The notes beneath the pieces are model-generated. The model had not been told where the DNA came from and made no database searches. It worked only from the letters and a program-made list of their open reading frames with translations. Below are positions 1 to 13,225 of a stretch of DNA of 64,000 nt, piece by piece. The stretch is from Camelus dromedarius (lineage: Eukaryota). Where the stretch lies: NCBI RefSeq assembly GCF_036321535.1, contig NC_087472.1, forward strand, positions 98,210,001-98,274,000, in the 5' to 3' direction. Within the stretch, counting starts at the first letter, position 1. The number at the start of each line of letters is the position of its first letter. The position numbers and the translations under genes were made by a program.

Positions 1-439
1 TTCTCTAAAATGCCCCTCTATTTATGTCACTATCTGCCTTTGGTACTCTACCTTCAGATGCAGCCACAAGGTGAGAAGTTATTTTCTGGGGCCATTTGTA
101 AATCTTCCCACTTATATCTGTATCTGGCCTCTAATTACAGCAGTCTACAACACAGTACTGCAGCTTTGGGTTTGTGGTCCTAGTTAGTTTTTTCTTAGTC
201 CATGTAAGGAAGCCACAGAAGGAGCCAGGAAGACATGAATTTGAATCACTCCTCTAAAGTTACCCCACAACCCTGAATCAATGTCCTTCAAAACTCTCCA
301 CTGTCTTCTTCCATAAGACTAGAAACATTTGGTACAGGTGTGAGGTTTAAACGTTTAAACACTTCAGGCAGGGTAATTTTTAGCTCACAGTCAAACAAGT
401 CTACCATGCTCTAAAGACCCTAATTTCTCCTTTTGTTCT

Positions 440-965
440 TTCACGTGTACATTATATTTTGACTTCTGTGTACACTACAGCCTTCTCACCACCCAGCACC
501 ATACAGCTGATCCTCTTTACCCATTTCACCCTCCCCACCCCCCCCACCTCCACCCCACCGCCTTCTCAGAAGCAATACTCTATTCTCTGTACCTATGTAT
601 TTTTGTTTGGTTTGGTTTGTTCATTTATTTTTTTAAAATCTTTTTATATTCCATGTGAGTGAAATCATACATTATTTTTCTTTCTCTGGCTATTTCACTT
701 AGTATAATTCCCTCAAGGTCTATCCATGTTGTCACAAATGGCAGGATTTCTTTTTTTTTTTTTTAAATGGCTGAATAGAATTCCATTGCATATATATACC
801 ACACCATGATCTTTATCCAGTCATGTGTTGATGGACACTCGGGTTGCTTCCATATCTCAGCTATTGTCAATAGTGCTGCTATGAATGGGGTGGGGGGGTG
901 TAAGTATCTTTTCTAGTGCTTCTGTTTTCTTCAGATAAATAACCAGGAGTGGAATTGCTGGATCC
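440..965 (-). mobile_element. LINE-1 3' end fragment (ORF2 end / 3' UTR)
   Basis: Antisense L1 3' motifs (tatccatgttgtcacaaatggcaggatt; ggagtggaattgctggatc). Confidence 0.85.
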
Positions 966-1676
966 TCCCTCCCTTTTTAACCTTTCAAATAGTGAAAGTG
1001 AAATATGTATCTTTCTTTCCCTTTTCCCCATAAAACCATCTCAACTGCATTTTAACGTAGACATAATTCCTCTCTCAGCTTAAAAAATTAACGTGATATG
1101 AAAAAATTACTATGAAATGAAATTTGGAGGCACACACAGAAGATGCCATAGGGTAAGTTAGTTATTCATATAACAAATTAAAGCACTCATCGAGATTGTT
1201 TATAAAACTGGAGATACACATTTAAGATTTCGGTCAAATAAAATAATGTATTTGCTTAGCTATCTTGCTCTACCAAGCACTGTAGGTATGAGCACTGAAC
1301 ATATGCATCCTGCAAGTACAATACAAGAGCTATCCTACAAACTGTAATGATTGGATAACTTGCAAGCACAGCAGAATTTAGGACAGAAACTAACTTGCTG
1401 TGCAAGAAGCAGTGATTTCAACATCAAACATTTTAATCATCTACGCCTTCCAATTAAATCTCTGAATTCTCTCTGAAAGACTCACAGAGAGCATCAGGCT
1501 AGAGGGACAAAGGTGGTGGAATGCCAGGTCATAAAAAGGTACATGACATCTTTTATAAAAGAATGAATTAATGTTATTAAATTCAGAGAATCTGGAGTTG
1601 GTAATTTCCTTTTTTAATGATAGGTACACACCTTCCCTGAATACAAATGTATAGAGAACTCAGAGAGAACGAAGGA

Positions 1677-2189
1677 TGATGGCAGAACAGGCCACCTCAA
1701 AATACGAAGCTTTGGCATATTGACTATTTTGAGCTGTAAGCACTTGGGAAAAAGCAAATGTAGCCAGAGACTTTCTCTGAACTCTTTATCTGAAGACAGA
1801 GCCTCCAAAAGCAACTCAATTGTCATAGATCCCCTTCCTGAGAGATTCATCCAGGGTAGCTGGCCTCTTATCACAGAAGAGGAGACCGACACCACACCCA
1901 GACAAACTTTGTCACAAACTATCACACCTCCTTATCTACTCTTCTAAGGGCACTGTTCATTTTTCCTAAGTCATTTACTCCCCCCAAGACACCTACGCCC
2001 CCTTTTCCCTATTAAGATGACATTGAAGCTAAATTCAAAAGCTACTTCTAAGTTATTTTTCTCTGCCTATTTTCCATATATACATGAGTTAAACATGTTA
2101 ATAAACTTGTTTTTCCTCTTGTTAATCTTTATTACAGGGGTTCTCAGGCAAGAACCAGAAGAGTAGAGGGAAATTTTTTCTCCCCTACA
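1677..2189 (+). mobile_element. Solo LTR, ERV1 class (MER34-like)
   Basis: ggccacctcaaaatac...ctttggcatattgactattttgag start, AATAAA at about 2100, end ttttttctcccctaCA; left boundary approximate. Confidence 0.7.
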
Positions 2190-2316
2190 AGATGATCTAT
2201 CACCTTGATGATTTACATTCTTAGCCAATCATACTTAAAGCAGTTTTAAGAAAGCACAGTTCTGATCAATAATCTTATCAGTTCACTTAATAAAACCATT
2301 ATTTGGTGAACATTAC

Positions 2317-2406
2317 CTGATAGCAGTCTCCTTTAAGATTGTCTAAGACATCGCCACATGTTTTTCGCATGTATTTCTTACATCCGTCAATCACCATTTG
2401 GTCAAT
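2317..2406 (-). CDS. SMS: Spermine synthase exon 7 (90 nt; [30 protein letters not shown]); gene continues left of the window
   Basis: Manual translation; AC acceptor at 2407-2408, donor CAG|GTAATG at 2316. Confidence 0.97.
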
Positions 2407-2841
2407 GTTCAAAAGAGGTTAAGGAGAAATTTCCCCTGTAATTGGATTTATGAAAGAATTCTGAAATATAACACCTTAAAAAAAAGATTAAGATGAACAC
2501 AACACTAATGTGGGTATCACAAGTTTAAAAAAAAAAAAGATGAATGAGATGATTTCACTTGTGCATCAAGAACACTCAAAAGGAATTGAATTTTCTTCTA
2601 ATGAAGAAGCCATTTCAGCAAGTGCTGAGAGGTAGACGTGGTACAAAGGTTACTTTTTAATTCTCAACTCTGTTTCTTAGTTGGTGGCCACATAAAAAGG
2701 CTATTGATACTAAGTTGAAATGTTTGTTCAAGGTAGTCTTAATAACACATTTGCCTCGTAACATTAACTGGAGTCTTAAGACAAAAAAAGAGAAAGAAAA
2801 TGAAGCCCACTTAACTGGATCTCTTATATAACAAAGGATAT
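2407..2841 (-). other. SMS: U12-type (minor spliceosome) AT-AC intron 6 of SMS, 435 nt
   Basis: 5' site ATATCCTTT (2841-2833), branch site TCCTTAAC (2425-2418), terminal AC (2408-2407); flanking codons join as VE|ID. Confidence 0.96.
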
Positions 2842-2996
2842 CTCTACCATAGTGACCATCTTTGGTTTCAGTTTGACTATTTCACATAATATGCCCCCAT
2901 CTCCACCTCCCAGAATGAGTACATCTTTGCCGGTGTAATCTTCCTTGCCACTGCCCATGATGGCCCGGGTATACGCCAAGTCACTTTCTGCCAAAT
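2842..2996 (-). CDS. SMS: Spermine synthase exon 6 (155 nt; [52 protein letters not shown])
   Basis: ORF 2824..3045 contains the aminopropyltransferase glycine-rich motif LILGGGDGG; acceptor ctccctag; followed by U12 donor ATATCCTTT. Confidence 0.98.
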
Positions 2997-3289
2997 CTAG
3001 GGAGGAGAAACAGATCCAAAATGGTGACTCTACCCAAACGTACACACCACCCTACTTACCATACTACAAAGTGCTGGAATCTAGCCTAAAATGCAAAATT
3101 TTTCATTTTCAATGTTTAAAAACTATCAACAATGTACAGAGGTATTTTTAATTTTTTGGATTGTGGACCTTTCATTAACCCTGCTCATCTAACACCCAAT
3201 ATGTTACATAGATTATACACATACATAGTTTAGTCAGTGGGAAGAAAATTCAGTCTCAAGATTCTTCTGATATGATGAATAATTAAAAG

Positions 3290-3490
3290 CAATTATATGT
3301 TTCTAGATGAAATAAGATGTCAGAGTTGCTTTAAAATAATGAGAGGGAGAGAAAGTGGACTAGAGTTTAGGAGAAACAAGACTGGCCAGGAGTTGATGAT
3401 TGTTGACACTCAGTGGTGAGTATATGTGGGTTCATGATACTATTTGGTCTACTTAGGTTCGAAATTGTCCATAACATAGACTTCTTAAAA
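3290..3490 (+). mobile_element. Old L1ME-type 3' end
   Basis: aacaagactggccaggagttgatgattgttga...gggttcatgatactatt motif. Confidence 0.6.
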
Positions 3491-3633
3491 GGAGGGCGAG
3501 GGTACAGCTCAAGAGGTAGAGCACATGCTTAGCATGCACAAGGTCCTGGGTTCAATCCCCAGTACCTCCTCTGAAAACAAAGAAATAAGTAAACCTCATT
3601 ACCTACCCACTCAAAAAAAAAACAACAAAAAAA
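3491..3633 (+). mobile_element. tRNA-derived SINE (camelid Vic-1-like)
   Basis: tRNA-like head with A box (cagctcaagaggt) and B box ggttcaatccc (3549-3559), A-rich tail; homologous to the copy at 50073. Confidence 0.85.
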
Positions 3634-3718
3634 GTAATTACATTCCTTTGAAATACTCATCACCAAGAAACTAAGAAAAAAAAAAGATTATCAAGACAAA
3701 GTTTCCATGGCTCTGCTA

Positions 3719-4111
<393 letters not shown>

Positions 4112-7100
4112 TTACAACAAATGCTACTCTTATGGTGAGGCTGCCTTAAAAGAGGACCTGGGAGCCAGAGTACGCAGGAGCCACACGACCCCAGGCAGAC
4201 TTCTAAAGAGTACACAACAAATCTAAAGCTTGGGGTTTTTAGGTTATACAAACATGGCTACTGACAAAGTTCAACACCGTTGTACAGTAAGAGTTTACTT
4301 TTTAAAAAGCCTTTCTGACAAGCTGTAAATTTTCCCTAATAAAAAGTTAAAGGAGAAAATGACCATGGCAGACATCACACTTCACTCCCAAACACTGCAG
4401 CAAGGATCTCTTAAGATTGTGTACACTGCCACTCCAACATCCATGCAAGTGCACACAGATGGAATACCGTCACCTAGCACAGAATCCATGTTCAAGTGTC
4501 CCCAACTGCCCCAATAATCCCCTTCATAGCTCTTCTACTTTTGAAGAATCGTACACTGTATTTTCCCTTTTTCTTTCTTTTTTTTTTAACCCTCACTTAA
4601 TCTAGAACAGTCTGACACTCTCCCCCTGCCATGTCTTGCATAACATTCACATCTCAGGAAAGTCAAGACCAGGTGCTCTACAGACAATCCCTCAAGTAGG
4701 TTTGCCTGAGGATCTCTTCATTATTGTCAGGTTGGCACATATTATAACAAGCATCACATCAGGGGCATGAGATGTTTGCCTGTCCTATTAGTGATGATGC
4801 TAAGAGTGATCATGCAGTTATAGGCGATGCCAACCAGATACCTCCATTTGCAAAGGTACCTTTTTTTCCCTTTGAAATTACTAAGTAGGCAGTCCTCTGA
4901 AACTGGGTGAAGGTCCTGATCTCCCAATAAACCTTCACCAGTAGCTCTGGCATCTAGAAGATTCTTGCCTGAACCAATAATTTACTAGAGTGGCTGCCAA
5001 CCGATGATTTCTCATTCCATTCTTTTGTAAATACTCAGTGCTTTAGATAGGGTGAATGTACTAGAAACTACCAGCAGAGGACACTACATGACGGGAAAAC
5101 CAGACCTGGAAAAGGGGCTTGGCAACTCTAACAGGAACTAACAATACGAGAACTCAGCACACACACAACACAACCACATGCAAGTCCTGTGTTCTCAAGT
5201 ACAGTGGGATTCACAGGAAGACAGCCACAGGCACCTAAAACGCTGGGATCAGCTACCTCTGACTTGCTCAGATGAGTCTTTGCTCTCTCTGCTCACCTGT
5301 TTCCAAGAGTACAGTCTGAACCTGTCACAGGTGCTTGAGGCCTTCTGTGAGGAAATACTAGTATCTGTAAAAAGCACTGAATTTACAAAGCAAATTCCCA
5401 TAAATTCTCATTTAATCCAAACAACTCACGGTTTAACTACTTCATCTTTCAAGCCAACAAATTCAGCTGTTGGAATGAAGAAGACCAGAGGTTTTTCTCG
5501 TAAAACATGGAGCCCCCATCAGGCAAACAGGACTTGGGGGAAGCCTCTTCTACCCCTGGCTGATGGGTGGAATGAGGTGGGAGAGTGAGCCACCTGTGAC
5601 ACTGGATGACGGTGACAAATAACAAGTCACAGGCTTTCAAGGGAGGGAACCCACCCCTTGGTTGACAGACAGCCAGCTACAGGCAATTACTGAACCAAAC
5701 CCACTGAAAACAAACATTGCCCATTGTCAATTGTGTCAACAGTGCCTTGGCTCAGGTACAGAACTCTTTCCTCCAATACAACACAATGGTTTTTGAAAGA
5801 CATGCAAAGAATCAATGATCTTTGAGAATGAGGAAGCATCACCTTGATGAAGTACTCATGCTACCAGGAAGTGTATCTCCCTGAAATGGGCTTTGGGAGA
5901 TATTCTGGAGTCCTACACAGCTCTTGTTTCAATCTTCACTGCTGAAAATTGAAACTGGACCATAGAGAAGAAGTCAGAATATGCCCTAGGCTTCAGGTAC
6001 ACTGTGTAAATTATGAGAATTTGTCTTTTCAACAAAACAACTGATGTGAGCTCGTTTTCCTGTTCCTTTTCTTGTGAAAAGTAGAAAACAAAAATTTTTT
6101 TTCTCATAAAAGTCATGGGTTCTAAGTTGAAAATTTAGATGTAATTCATTGATCACAGGGGAGTAATCATTTTAGCTAGTGTTACTGAGTCATTTAATGA
6201 TTCCATCTCTAAAAAGGTTATTCCCCAGGTAGAAAAGTGGCACCATTCTTGTCCTTTTGAGGCCAAAAACAAAGCGCCTACAACTTTCTGTTCTCTCCAC
6301 CCTAATTTTATGAAAAAATGTAAAAACAGCAACAAGGAGAAACAAGGCCTATGCTGTGTTTTGAAATGAAAATCTGCAGTGTACCTCCACTCACTTCGAA
6401 AACTCCCAAACCAACACCACCAAGGAACTAGACTTGTCATGAATGCTGAAGACAATAAATGCATTCCATCTATTTACTCACTCCTAGAAGTAACCCTGAG
6501 AAAAATCAGACCAATAAAGAAAAAAAGAAAATCAGGCATTTTGATGTTGGCCAATTCATTATCACCGCCCCGAAGACACAGTGGGAACCCATTCAATTCA
6601 AATGAATGCAGATTAGGAAAATTTCGTAAGCAGAAAAAGAAACTCCTGAAAGAAGTACGGGTGTGAATAAGTTCTTCAAGGATGGGGAAGGGCCTGAGGA
6701 AACCTAAACTGAACTTGGGTGGGGTCAACAAGTCAGGGTGCTCTGAAAGATTTCAACAAAGGGGACAAGTTTCTTGCAGTTTCCAGGCTTTCTATCCAAC
6801 TTTCCAGTCATCTTACATCTGCCCCGGGGCTTTCCTCCAGGCTAATCTAACTTAGCAATATGAGTCATTAAGGACAAACATCCTAGCTCCAGCCACCAAA
6901 GATACCTTCCTTCTGGAGTGTGCCCTGAATTGGAGAAGTCTGTATTCTGGTCATTTCCATCAGTGATGGTCTGACCTTGGTCAAGACTCCCCGTGTCTCT
7001 GCATGTATGTATTTGTCTTTAGGAGCAAGGAATGGGTCTACTTTGGGGGGCCTGACAAGGATCCACCCAGGTAGTGCAAGAGAACACTGCTCAGAATTAC

Positions 7101-7915
7101 TTGCTGGGCATCCATGTTGACTTCAAATTCTCAGTTCCCAGGACCTACCAGACTCTATCCTTCCCCATAAAGGTCAAAACTGTTACTTCTATCAAAGCTC
7201 TTTTCACATCTGTCACAACAGAAATGTTCTGTATATGTGCTATCCAATATGCCAGGCACTGGCCATTAGCTATCCGCAGGAGGTGAGGCTGAGGAAGGAA
7301 CTGTTTTTATTAACTTAGTTTTAAATAGTCACATGTGGCAAAGTGGCTTCACTCCGAAACAAAAGCTTAATTGTCTTAATTATCATTTGAAAAGAACCTA
7401 CCAGCAGCTGCTCAAGGTGGGTGGCCTCAGAGATTCTTAGTACCCTGAAATGTTATCTCAGCCTGAAAGCACTGAGGCAAATGTTCTGTCACCCCATCCT
7501 GTCAAAGTCTCTTAACACTGCTTAATTCCACTCTGGGGCCCAGAACTCTCAGAAAAGGCAGAAGATCCTTTCTCTTTTACTGGGCAGAGTCGGGGAAGAG
7601 TTTTCTGGCTCCCCTTTGAGGTTCCAGGCCCATGTGGTCCTCTGCTTTTATACAGTTCCAGCTCCTTGGAATCACTCCATTTCTGCCTCTGCAATCATCT
7701 CCTTTCAGCACCTCTCCCTGTGTGTCTCTGTGTCTGTGTCTCTCTCGTACACACTTGGTCTCCTTTGGGGGTGAGGCACCCACTCTCTCCGTCTACCTTG
7801 CTGCCAGAGCAGTAGTTGACTTTGATCTTCTCCATGTCTTAAGCAGACACTGCTCACCATTCTGATTCTTTTATCGATTAACCAAATATAAAAGGACATT
7901 CAGGAATGGACTTAC

Positions 7916-7980
7916 CGCTTCACCCGCTCAGTACTGTCCTGACTCAATTCTTTCATTCTTTCTTCTACTTTGTTCAAAAG
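7916..7980 (-). CDS. SMS: Spermine synthase exon 4 (65 nt; LLNKVEERMKELSQDSTERVKR)
   Basis: Manual translation; acceptor tttcttttcttataattgtag, donor CG|GTAAGT. Confidence 0.97.
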
Positions 7981-8442
7981 CTACAATTATAAGAAAAGAA
8001 ATTAATGGGCTTATAGAATAAGCCGAGTGGAACAGCTAACTTACAGACCAAGAGGTTGAGACCGCGCTGACAGCTGTGATACTGGCAGACACCCAAACAC
8101 ACTTGTCCTCCCCCGGCCCTACACAGAGCGGCCTGCAGCCCTGGCCCAATTCCACACTCCCACACAGTCAGCCCTCGTGGTGCCAGCCTAACTTCAGCCT
8201 AAAGTACCAACAGAATAACGGGAAAGGGGAAGGCTCAAAGATATTGCAGACATAACATCCTGGTTAAAGGCTTACATTCCCTTCAGTGGAAGGTGAAATC
8301 ATTACTCAGTACTCAAAGCAGTCGAGGGAAACTTGACAGCTAGATTCCTAAAAACTACTGGAAAACAACTGTTTTTCATCTAAAACCACTTATCTGAAGA
8401 GAGGCGAGTTTAAAATTCAGTGAACTGGGAAGTCAGCAATTA

Positions 8443-8634
<192 letters not shown>

Positions 8635-9011
8635 TTAGGGGGTAAGAATTGATATCATCGCACTCAAAAGGAAAGACGCCCACCCAGTTAACAGGGAAAG
8701 CCACTGCTCTTTTCCCCTTAATTACATAAACCCTGCTGCTTTCTTGTTAGAGCCTCTTCATGGGGGCAGTGAAGGCAATCATTTAGGGAAAGTTTTAGGG
8801 TCACTGAATGGTAGGGTTTTCAGAATAGGTTCTTGGGCCCAAAAAGTGATTCAGCAGCAAGTTCTATGACGCTGATTTTTCTGAAGGCCCCCCAGCAGGG
8901 ACTCGCCAGCCTTAGTAAACTCTCTTTGAAAGGAAGGGAGGGTGGGGAAGAGCAATTTGGGATTTCCCAATACCCTCCAGAGTTCAAAACCATGTTTTTC
9001 TGACTGCAAGC

Positions 9012-9195
9012 AGGTGGTGGCTAAAATCCACTGAGTTTGGACCCTCCAAGCCAAATCCAGCCCGCAGTACGTTTTGTGGAGCCTGCAAACGAAGTATGGT
9101 TTTTACATTTTTAAAGAGTTGTTTTAAAAAAAAAAAAAAAAGAATGTGACAGGGACCTTATGTGGCTCCTTACAGAAAAGGCTCTAACCCCTAAT
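9012..9195. mobile_element. hAT-Charlie MITE (MER58-like)
   Basis: gccaaatccagcccgc...atggtttttacatttttaaa motif. Confidence 0.6.
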
Positions 9196-11440
9196 TTAGT
9201 GGATCTAAGCAGCTTTTTTTTTTAATGAAGTAAAAAAAGAGTGTCACATGCTTAAGAACTATCTTAAACTTGTTTCGATTAAACATATATATTTTGTATT
9301 GCACATATGCAGATGTGTGTGCAGGGCTATGATATGAACATCTGAAAAATACTAAATTAAGATGAAGAATTCTGTTCAGAGAATACAGGTAGTGTGCCTG
9401 GATTAAAAAATAAATACAACTAGTTAATTTTCACCTTCAGCCCTTAGATAGCCTCAAAATCAAGTTCAGGGCCCAGGGCCCCACAGACATCTACTACACT
9501 TGAATGAGCTGATCATCCCCCCCACCCCTCCTCCAAAAAGAGGAGCCAGGGGTGAAGGATAGAGAAATGCCAGCCCTTAACCACCTAGCTGCTTCTAGCA
9601 GAGTCCTATGCCTGAGAACCACAGAACATGGAGAACACTGGAAGTGTTAATCATGAGATTAAAACCAGATTTAAAACAAAAATTAAGAAACAGGAAAAGC
9701 TGCCGGGGTGTGGAGCTGCAGGCCCTCCCCAGGGCCAGTGCCTGGGCGTGGAAAAGAAAAGTGAGGATTCAGACAGGCAACATGGAGATGGGGCCCAGAT
9801 GGCCAAGTGAGAGAAGAGAAAGGCCAACGTTGAAAAACAACTTTTTGTTAACTAAGCATGTTAACTTTTTTTTCTGCTTTCAGAAGCAATTTCTAAACCC
9901 CTCTTGTCACTCAGAAACTCCCTTCCAGGAAGAATTCTAAGCCTTCTGGAAGGCTGGGATTGGTGCTAGGGTAGAAGACTCAGGAAGTGACGTAGAGAGG
10001 TTGGCCTCGCCAGGTTGCAAAGGCCATTAGGAGGTGGTAAGAGAGGAAAAGTCCCAAAGGATGGACCACAACAAAGACAGCGAGATGGCAGGGAGGGTGA
10101 AGAGGACCAAACAGAAGGGCTGCGGAGCTGGACGGCTTAAGGCCAGCTGCAGACCTCTGCTTCCAGAAGACTCGCCTTAACTGGGCCAGAGCCCGAGGAC
10201 GGAGGCAGTGGAGGGTCTGCGGTGGTACTGATTTGGGGTCACCCTTGAGAAGACATCTTTCTAGATACCTCTGAGATAGCTGCTACTCACACTGAGGACG
10301 GCTATGTCACCAGAAATATAAATCTGGTCTTAGAGGAGAGGGGTTAGGATGTCTCTGAGACATTGGGGTAGGAAACACCAGTCGTTGCCACAGGGGTGGA
10401 CCGTATGTAGACTTATAAAGAGAACAATGGAAAGGGAAGGGTGAGTTCAAAAGTGCAAGTTTCCTTCATCTCACAGCACTGTCTTCTGGGCCTCTGTAAG
10501 AAGAGGGTAGAGGGTGTTTTCTTTTAATTAGAAAAACAAGGGAGAGAATGTGGCACATTAATGAAGCCATGAGGAATTGTAGTACTTAGTATCCATTGGG
10601 AGAATGGAATAAAAGCCATCAAAAACATCCAAGAATTCACATTTTAAAGTTAATAGTGTGAATTACTAAGAATCTTAATAGTTTTGTACAGCAAACAGTC
10701 CAGATGATACAAACCTAGACTTAGGGAAATACAAAATGCTCGAGGCACCAGTGTCTCCTGGTGTCAATCTTCTCCTTTCCTACTCTCACGGTGACTTTCA
10801 TTTACATATTGATTAGGTATAAAGTCTTAAGGGCAAAAAAAAAAAAAAACAACTTGTTAACTGTTGGATCCCCCCCTCAGTTTCCTGTCAAGCTACTTGC
10901 AGACTCCTATCCCACACTTGACTGCAGTCTGCATTAACTGATGATCAGTTATTACAGTGCTACTCACGGCAGGGCCAGCTGACTGGCAGCTGGGAGCTTG
11001 TCAGAAATGCTATTTGGGGTGCTCCCCCGACCTGTGGCATCAGCAACTTCTGGAGCACAGCACGGCAAGCTGTGTTTTAAACAGCTCTGATCACTGCCTG
11101 CGGGCTCACGCTGCTTATGCTGCCCAAGGGTTTTGGGTCTTGGCCACACAGCAGAATCACCTGGGGGGCTCTGGAGAAACAGTGGTGCCCAGAGACCTCA
11201 ACCTCTGCAGGGAGCGCTTGGGCCTGGGATTTTGTGAAAGCACTCCAGGCAACTCTGCTGTGCAGCCAGAGCTGAGAAGCACTGAATTCCAGCCCCCTCC
11301 CTAATGATGTCAAAAGAGGAAAGGAAAAAAAACTGGACGCCACCCCACCACCACCCTTTGTGCACACACACACAACCCCCACACACCCTCACACCGCTGA
11401 AGTGCTGAGATCTGAAGACGAGCACTCAACCACCACCTCA

Positions 11441-11644
<204 letters not shown>

Positions 11645-12759
11645 TTAAGGAAACCTGAACAAAGTAGCCAGCATCATTCATCCCCTTCATCGTGAGCTAC
11701 GAACATTCTCAGTCCTGCAAGGATAGGCTGCAGATTACCAGGTAACACAATAAGCACACAAACACCAACCACAAAACAGCTGTGCCAGAAATGCAGACAG
11801 ATATTCAGCCAACCAGAAATAGCCTTACAAAATATTCCTCCTAGCCAGCAATCAGAAATACAAACACAGTAAATGACATTCCACTTCAGTTTAAATAAAT
11901 TAATGAGGATATACAGTACTAGAAAAGAGATTCCATCCACCACTAATGGGTATCATAAATGACTTCAAAATGTTTGGCTTTATGTTCCAGGTTTTTTACA
12001 GTAAGGATGGCTTGCTTTTATAACTGGAAAAAAAATAACTGGTACCACTCAGTAACCTATTTCTAAATGGTGGAAACTGAGCAACAATTCAGTAAGGGAC
12101 AAGCTGCTAGGTGTGTGACCCCCTCTCCCACCCAAATGGAGCTCAGTGATCACAGGTAGGACTAGTCAAGGTTATTGATAATGCATTAACCTCTGCAGGT
12201 TTACATGAAGCCTTCATCTTCCAGAACATCCAACATTACGACACTTAGATGGAAGGCAAAATACAATGTATCCTTCTCTAGTTGTATCTGCCAAAGTATT
12301 CATTTCCTGAGAAGGGTAAGATAAAGAACCAAGATGAGACAAAAATAATGATTCTGTACTGTCCCATAAGCCCTCCACAGGCTGGTACTTTTTCCACATG
12401 AAAGAAAAAATAGCGTAGGCTGCAAAGCCTCGTATTGAAGCATCCCTGTGAACTGAACTGAGAGCAGAAGAAAAAAAACAAGAATATCCACACTTGACCG
12501 CAGTGTGGTTTCACAAGAAAATTACACTAGAATGCTTTCCATAAACTAAGGAGTGCCAAAACTTAGACTCTGGGTAGATTGAAAAATTCCATCCAGTCCA
12601 TCTCCAGTGACACGTGGAACTATGCTCCCAAGACCTTCCAGCACAAACTGGGTTCAGAGTCCAAACTGGGCAGCAGAGATGTGTTATTCTGGCCTGCACA
12701 AACTTTTTTTTTTAAAATGTAAGTTAATTGCCATTTAAAAAACAGATTTCATCACCCCC

Positions 12760-13225
12760 ATGGCAGGGGGTGGAGTAGTGCCCCCCCAAAAAAGATACAT
12801 CCATATCCTCACCCCCAGAATTTAGGAGTGTGACCTTATCTGGAAAAGGGTTTTTTTTTTTTTTACAGACGTGGGTAATTTAAGGATCTAGAGAGGTAGA
12901 TCATCTTAGATCATCCAGGTGGGTCCTAAATCCAGTAAGTATCCTTATCAGAGACTAAAGACTGAAAGACACAGGGAGACTGAGGAGCAGGCGAGATGAA
13001 GACAAAGGTAGAGACTGGCATGGAACAACACGTGGGGCTACGAGAAGCTGGAAAAGGCAAGCAAGGACTCTGCCCTGGAGCCTAGAGCCCTGAGAGGGAG
13101 GGGCGCTCTGTGGATACTTTGTTTTCAGAACTGCGGCCTCCAGAACAGGGAGAGCAAGTTTCTGTAGTTTCAAACCACTCAGTTTGTAGTTATTTTGTTA
13201 CAACAGCCCTAGCCTGGCTAATACA
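12760..13225 (+). mobile_element. MaLR solo LTR (MLT1C/D-like)
   Basis: gtgtgaccttatctggaaaaggg, gaagctggaaaaggcaag, and the end ttgttacaacagccctag...taataCA. Confidence 0.85.

Noticed and set aside
345..360. Perfect 16-bp palindrome gtttaaacgtttaaac
   Set aside because: Tandem duplication of a self-complementary 8-mer; no supporting context.
1..2316. Search for SMS exon 8 (VLIEDCIPVLKRY...)
   Set aside because: Not found on the minus strand; the region is intronic L1/LTR sequence, so exon 8 lies outside the window.
3499..3570. Possible tRNA gene (also ~50077-50146)
   Set aside because: Degenerate stems, SINE-specific tail, A-rich end and a TSD at the second copy indicate SINEs, not functional tRNAs.
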